A stretch of DNA of 64,000 bases from Bilabrum cf. latius. Taxonomy: Eukaryota. The translations under genes were made by a program, and so were the position numbers. The notes beneath the pieces were generated by a model. It did no database searches, was not told the DNA's origin, and saw only the letters and a program-made list of their open reading frames with translations. The stretch lies in contig OZ237735.1 of assembly GCA_965178125.1 (NCBI GenBank), forward strand, positions 248,001 through 312,000, read 5' to 3'. Below are positions 58,201 through 64,000 of the stretch, piece after piece. Every line of letters starts with the position of its first letter. Position 1 is the stretch's first letter.

Positions 58201-60873
58201 AGGTCTGACCCCTTGTCGATCGAGCCCATGGCCGGATACCGTCCCATCGGAGAGTCTGTGGAGTCAGAATCAGCCGAAACAGCTGACGGCCCGTCATTCG
58301 GTGCGAGCTCTGGGACTGACCCTGACCAGCTTTTCGAGATGCTGGCAGAGTCAGCTGAGCGAGTGGATCCTGCCGAGCTCGTTGCGGACGCAGAGCGCAA
58401 CACCCCCGGCGGGGGAGGGACGGGCGTAGAGGGCAAGCAGAACCTACTTTCGGATGATCTAGGAAGCCGTAAGTATCTTGATATGAGCTTCAACGGGGCG
58501 GTGTGGATGAAGATGGGCTTCGCGGATGGCTAGTCGCGCGCCGTGACCAAGGTCTTGATTCGATCTGCGAACGACTGCGAGGAAAGAGACCCGAAGCACG
58601 TTAAGATATTCGGGCGGAATGTGCAGTCGGGCAGTGAGTGGAAGCTGCTGGCGGAGGACTAGGACGTGTTCTTCTCGGCGAGGCACAGCATTTACACCAT
58701 CGACATCCCAGAGGACAAGGTGTGCGAGTGCACTGAAGTAAAGCTGCAGGTGCTTGCCACGCGTAGAGAGTGCGGCATGATGCAGGTGAACATGATTGGT
58801 ATGCACGCTGCGAGTGCAGGCAGCTACGATGCGTACAAGAAAGCCGTGGCAGGCGACTCAAGCGATGCAGGCGCCCCTTTTGAAGGGTACGGACTCCCTG
58901 TGGCAGGAAACCGCGTCACGATTCGCTGGGTGCAGGAAGATGGAGACGACAGCGGCGGCGATTCCCGAAAGCTGCGTGTGGTCGTCGTTCCCATGCTTGA
59001 GCCGGATGCGATCAAAGCGCACATCAACGGGCGATTCCAGGGCGAGCTTGAGCAGCAGGCAACGGATCGTAGGCAGGCAACGTCCCGCATTCAGAGGGAG
59101 GGCATCCGATCGGACCTTATGCACGTCTTTGAAGGCGGCGGGACGGGAGGCAGCGCTGGTACTCGTAGCGCTTCTGAGCACGCGTTGGCACGGACTGCAT
59201 ACAGAGAGCTCTTTGAGTTCCTGTAGACCGGGTTTGCAGGCACGGAGGCTGACGAGGAGCTGGTGGACTTGCTGGACGACGCGAGCCGGCGGAAGGGCTG
59301 GAACGCGGGCAAACTGTTTTAGTGCTCGTGGCAGGAGGTGCGGGATGCGTCGCAGCTGAAAGAATCACAGTTCCCCGCGCTGGCTGCTGTGCTGAATGAG
59401 GGCAATGCGGCCGAGGTGCCTGGATAGGAAGGTGGCAGGCAGCGAGTCGAAGCTCGGTTGATGCTGGTGCAGCAAGCAAACCAGAGCGTCAGGAAAGCAT
59501 TACCGTGGATCGACACCACCCGCGCTGGCGCAGACCAGGGCTCGGCAGCTTCGCGACTTGCGAGCATCGCTCACTTGATCGCGCTGGTCCTGAAGAAGCC
59601 GCTATGGGACCGTTGCTTGGAGAAGACCCAGAGCAACTCGAGGCAGTTCAACTTCACCATCGATCGCATTGCTCCGACCACCATGCTGGGCGGGGGCAGG
59701 CAGGACTCGGAAGGCAGGCACACAGTGTTCTCTCAGGCATTCCGGGCCATGTTCCGCAAGAAACCGAGCGAGCTGCGCGGCGGCCGCGGCCACCGCATGT
59801 TCGAGGTTAGCTTCCGGAACGAGGGCGCTATCGACGCGGGTGGCCCGTACCGAGAGGCCTACACGCTGCTCGCTGAGGACCTGATGAGCGACCGAATGAC
59901 TCTCATGTTGGATGCATCCAGGGCGCGACAAGCGGCGGGGACAGCGCAAGCATCCGGCGGAGCTGCTAGCGATGCGTCCGGGCCGCCGCCGCTGTTGAGG
60001 CGGCAGTCGACGGGGGCAGAAGCCGAGCAGTCGAACCCGCGCGTGGCCAACCCCGGGGCGAGCTCCGAGATCGAGGGCCGGCTGTTCAGCTTCCTGGGTC
60101 GGTACATGGGCATGGTGATCCGCCAGCAGATCTACGTGCCCATGCAGTGCGCGTCGATTTTCTGGAAGGGTCTGACGGGGGCGCGCTGCGACGAGCTCGA
60201 CCTGCAGCGGAGCGACTACGAGCAGTGGAGGCGCATCGATCAGGTACGCAGGGACGCGGGGCGACTCCCCGAGGAGGACTTCCGCAGGGAGCACCCGGAT
60301 TTGTGCTTTGAGGTACCCGCATCCGACGGGGCCATGGTGCAGCTGGTTCCCAAGGGAAGGGAGAGGCAGGTCACGAGGGGCAACGCGCACCGCTGGGCGG
60401 ATCTCGCGCTTCAGTACCGCCTGGAGCAGGAGCAGAAGGAGGCCACGGCGCATGTGCGCGGCGGGCTGGCCACCATCGTGCCGGTGCACCTGCTGCCTCT
60501 CTTCAGCTGGAGGCAGGCCAGGCGACTAGTGTGCGGGGAGGACCACATCGACATCGCTGCGCTCCGACAGAACACGAGGTACGAAGGGTACGACAGGGAC
60601 AGCCCCGTGATCCAGCGTTTCTGGTCGGCGATGGAGGCCATGCCTGATTCCCAGCGGAGGGCCTTTATCCGCTTTGCGTGGGGTAGATCGACGCTGCCGT
60701 CGGTGGAGGGCAGGTGGTCCGAACCCTTCAAGATCACGAGGCGGTCGGGTGGGGGGCTCCCGCACGCGCACACGTGTTTCTTCCAGATCGAGCTGCCGCA
60801 GTACGAGACCGACGAGGAGATGCGGTCAAAGCTAGCCTGGGCGTGCGCCGAGACGTCCATGCTGGAGGGATGA
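37211..60873 (+). CDS. Giant HECT E3 ubiquitin ligase with multiple SPRY, CUB-like and MIB/HERC2 domains; exons 37211-37805 and 37895-60873; ~7,857 aa, ~49 in-frame TAG
   Basis: About 32 listed ORFs from 37855 to 59458 share frame +1 and all but the last end in TAG. Gaps contain only TAG. HECT motifs F.NEGAIDAGGPYRE, FIRFAWGRSTLP, LPHAHTCFFQIELPQY. MIB/HERC2 VVRGPTWQSGNADGG. CUB-like ESPHPY..FRSDGS..EWG. SPRY GKWYFEV. Ends TGA TGA. An 89-nt GTGAG..CGCAG intron (37806-37894) joins the frames. Confidence 0.9.
57130..58260 (+). repeat. Tandem duplication of a SPRY-domain coding unit, period 591 bp
   Basis: WSSGDVVQCYIDCDTRQAFWRLN.STDRIEWPGTPVPG and VRLGGPRSDPLSIEPMAGYRPIGESV occur twice, with near-identical DNA in those blocks. 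Confidence 0.9.
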
Positions 60874-61088
60874 TGAGCTGAGGGTCTCCGGGCAGCACTC
60901 GCGGGTGCGGCTGGATGGCTTTCTCGCACGCGTGCGTTGACTGTGGGACGCGCACAAGTGAAGGCTTTTGCGAGGGGCCTTCGGGGTGGCATTCAATAGT
61001 GTGACTATTTGACTACTTCAATTTGTTTCAGGCCAACGCACTCATTCCGGCGGCAAGCAACCCGCCCACAACGATCACTGCAACCACA

Positions 61089-61849
61089 TCAAAGCATTCC
61101 AAACTTGGCAAGCTTGGGCGCGATCACGGCCCGGCAGTAGCCGTGCGTCTTGCCGTTCTTGTCCCAGAATTTCTGATGGTAATCCTCCGCCGCGTAAAAC
61201 GGCTTTGCATCCATCAGCTTGGTCTTGAGCCGGCCCCCGAGCGCCTTGTCCCATTCGCCCATGAGTGCCTGGACCTCCTTCTTCTGCTCCTCCGAGTGGG
61301 CCCAGATGCTCCCCATGTACTGCGGGCCCCTGTCAGCGCCCTGCCCACCGCCATCGGTGGGGTCGTGCGCCTTGTAGAAGACTTCCAGCAGACCGCGGAG
61401 GCCGCCGGCCACCTTCTTGGGGTCGAAGTGGACGTGCACGACCTCCACGTGCCCCGTGTCACGAGAGCAGACTGTCTCGTACTTGGCGTCTGCGGCTGAG
61501 CCACCCATGTATCTGCGTGAGCCGGGAAACACACTGGTGCAGCCTTCTTGCAATGGCCGTGCGAAGCAGGCGTCCGATGCGGATCGAAAACACTGTCTCA
61601 CCCAGACGTGGCATCCAAAACACCGTTGGTTTTGGACATGATAGCTTCTAAGCACCAGAAGCAACCACCACCAAGAGTTACCTGCGTTGTTGGTAACCTT
61701 GGTAGGTACGGCCGCTAAAGTTTGGCAAGACAAGATCGATGTGCAACTGCAGCCGGCCAAGGCATACTTCTCACTCTCTGGGATCCATCCTCTTCAGTCG
61801 CAGGGAGTACTTCAACTTCTTTCGCAGTAGAAGAAGCGGCAGAAGCCAT
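61089..61849 (-). CDS. msrA: Peptide methionine sulfoxide reductase A; exons 61849-61775, 61681-61602, 61512-61089; ~192 aa
   Basis: VTLGGGCFWCLE, GVLDATSG|YMGG, YETVCSRDTGHVEVV, HDPT...QGADRGPQY, FYAAEDYHQ. Two GTGAG..GCAG introns in phase, TGA stop. Confidence 0.95.
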
Positions 61850-62153
61850 ATTACCCATAAACGCGCTTGACGAGAAACACAGTGCCGGTGCAGCGTACGT
61901 GCAAGCGAAAGCCAGAGCAGACGTTAGGCTTGTACGTCTTTGGCTGGACGAACGGATGCGGAGACTAGATCTCCGAAGCGCTCGGCAAGACCTGCTAACT
62001 GCGCGAAATGAAATGATTTACCCCTCTGCAGCAATTTGAAGTGGAAAGTACGCCACGTCGGCTCGGCCAGAGTCGCGATCGTGCAGTGCACAATATTAAT
62101 ATTCCGAATCTTCACATAAAGGATTCTCAAAACTGCTAGTGTTCACTCATTGC

Positions 62154-63089
62154 ATGATGATTTCGGCGCGAATCCCTCGATTATTTGGAAGAATTTAGTC
62201 GATGCTACCGGTATAGCTGCGCTGTGGTCGAAATAACTTTTCTCATAGTCGATTCGCTTCACAAAATTCAGACGGCTTGGTTTGGGTGCGATTGAAGGGA
62301 CTTCCTAAAGCGAGTGATTCCGTAGATGTTGCCTAGATGATAGAGTCTACGGGAACACCGGTCCACGACATAGTTGTGGGGACTCGCGGTACCGTGATCG
62401 GCCCGTGGTTCGTAAAAGTCCCGGCTAACAGGGCAACAAGAGTTGGGGACCTCGGAACGAGCGCAACAGGCACGCGGTCGCTGCAGCCTGAGATTGTCCC
62501 AAATGTTCATTCTGTTCGAAACAAGCAGATAGTTCCTGTGGGAACTCCTGGCATTGTGATCAGCGGGTTCCACCCCTCCGCGACCGTCGAGGACGTGCAT
62601 GCCTTCCTGGCGCCGCACGTGTACCCAGCAACCGGAAAATCTAGCGATTCGAACCTCATGTCCCAGCTCCCGCCAGTAGTGCATGAGTCAGACCCGGTGG
62701 CGCTGCTGGACGATCGCGCCAAAGAGCGGGGCACCCCGGGGCCTTGGCTTCGAAACATGCTAGCCCGACCAGACCGCGCCAGGACAAGGCCCCTGCCCCG
62801 CGACCGCACCAACTTCTCGAGGGTCTCAATCCCCTTTGACCACCCCGTGGACGACCCCATCGAGGTGTGTGTGCACACCCTGCAGCCCGCGGGACCCTCC
62901 TGGGCCAATGCGCTGGCGACTGTGCTCTGCCGCTCACAGGCTGACGCAGTCAAGCTGCAGCAGCTCAAGCACGGGACCTTCATTCCGGCAACCAACGCGC
63001 ACGTGGAGCAGTCCGCCTCTGTCTCTCTGCAGTACAACTCTCACATTGGAAGCTCGTACAGGACCGCGTTTGTGAGACTGCTCCCATGA
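62154..63089 (+). CDS. Hypothetical protein with RRM-like segments and a possible mitochondrial presequence, ~311 aa, 3 in-frame TAG
   Basis: Reading through TAG extends ORF 62337 to MMISARIPRLFGRI*SMLPV*LRCGR...WVRLKGLPKASDSVDVA*MIES. A second RRM-like start is GIVISGFHPSATVEDVHAFL. TGA stop. Confidence 0.55.
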
Positions 63090-63307
63090 CGGTGCAAGCG
63101 GGGCATGCGGTTGGGACTGCGTTACAGAGCACCAGTGAGTTCGAACGCCTGTTCATGGCAAGAGTACGATAGCGATGGTGGAAATAACTAAATTGGTGGT
63201 CTACGGGCACAGGCAGGCCCACAATGAGCATCGCAAGACCACCGGACGGATGACCGTGGGCCAGGAACTCCTCCTAGCCAGCTCGCCCGTGTGGGCACGA
63301 GCGGCTC

Positions 63308-64000
63308 TCACCACGGCTCGTCCGCAGCGAGGCACACCCCGAGGCACGCGAGGCCCTCCCCCTGGATCACGTTATCGGCGGGGGTCACCTGCACGAGGCC
63401 GGCGGTGGCGTTCACCCTGGGCAGTTCCCACTGCTGGTCACCTGACCCTCCGGGGAAGTCGTGGCACGAGTACAGCAGCGGCGTGTTCCCAGTGGAGGCC
63501 TTCTTGCCCCCGGCGTCGAGACACAGCCCGGTCTGCTTGTGCACGATGTGGCCGGTCAGCCCCTGGATCTCCCACTGCTGGGAGGGCTCCGTGGAGTCGC
63601 ACGCGGCGCTCGACAGCACGCCCTGGCCCTCTGGCCCTGCCGAGGCCTTGGACCTCGTCTGGTTGCTCGCGCTCCCGCTCAAACATAGCTTCGAGGCGCG
63701 GAAGCCGCCCTCCCGCTGCTTCCCCTCCCCAGCCCCGGCGGTGCTCTCGTCAGGACCCCCCGAGGGAGGTGTCTGCACGGCCTGCAGGGTGCCGTCCGTG
63801 TTGAGCAGCCAGCGAGTGGCGAGGTTGGCCGTCCCGTGGTGCTGGCAGTAGGCCGTGAAGGGCTTGCCCACGACCCCGTGCCCGCCACCTTTGCCCACCT
63901 GCTGCTTGAGCAGCGCGACGTCTGCGGGGTCCGCGGCAGAGCGCACGTGGCCGGGGCAGTGGTGCAGGGGCACGGCGGCGAGGAGCTCCGTGGCCGGCAC
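63308..64000 (-). CDS. 3' end of a protein with ricin-B (beta-trefoil, QxW) lectin repeats, truncated by window end
   Basis: SKLCLS, ACDSTEPSQQW, TGLCLDA, LLYSCH....GDQQW. TGA at 63308. Confidence 0.7.
   Translation of the reverse strand: MPATELLAAVPLHHCPGHVRSAADPADVALLKQQVGKGGGHGVVGKPFTAYCQHHGTANLATRWLLNTDGTLQAVQTPPSGGPDESTAGAGEGKQREGGFRASKLCLSGSASNQTRSKASAGPEGQGVLSSAACDSTEPSQQWEIQGLTGHIVHKQTGLCLDAGGKKASTGNTPLLYSCHDFPGGSGDQQWELPRVNATAGLVQVTPADNVIQGEGLACLGVCLAADEPW

Noticed and set aside
37895-60873. Pseudogene, or a cluster of ~30 small separate genes
   Set aside because: All interruptions are TAG in a single frame with no frameshifts, TAA or TGA over 23 kb. Decay or separate genes would not give that pattern.
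1-64000. Suppressor tRNA with CTA anticodon, or an eRF1 gene
   Set aside because: Looked for by eye and not found in this window. Only Lys(CTT) and Tyr(GTA) cloverleaves were seen.
1-64000. Bacterial or phage (code 15) origin of the window
   Set aside because: Spliceosomal introns, Pol III-type tRNAs without encoded CCA, and eukaryote-specific genes (HECT E3, SHIPPO repeats, eukaryotic PMM) indicate a eukaryotic nucleus.

Overview
GC-rich, gene-dense eukaryotic (protist-type) nuclear DNA with short GT..AG introns, very long exons, two intact tRNA genes and 15 protein-coding loci (two of them cut by the window edges). The style suggests a flagellated heterotroph, possibly a stramenopile, but that is inference only. 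The main result is a non-standard genetic code. The fragmented ORF track collapses into continuous genes if TAG is read as a sense codon. I counted about 90 in-frame TAGs by hand in 8 genes, including about 45 in one 23-kb exon of a HECT E3 ligase. I found no in-frame TAA or TGA inside any gene model, and all 14 gene ends I could trace are TGA. TAG sits opposite CAG in an internal duplication and inside poly-Gln runs, which points to UAG=Gln without a matching UAA reassignment. Recoding reveals a ~7,860-aa HECT ligase, a ~3,510-aa single-pass membrane protein and a ~2,350-aa alpha/beta-hydrolase. There are also local duplications with breakpoints inside tRNA genes, and a GH168/GHL15-like glycosidase lying between two copies of a divergent promoter region. 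All family calls are from motif recognition by eye, not database searches.
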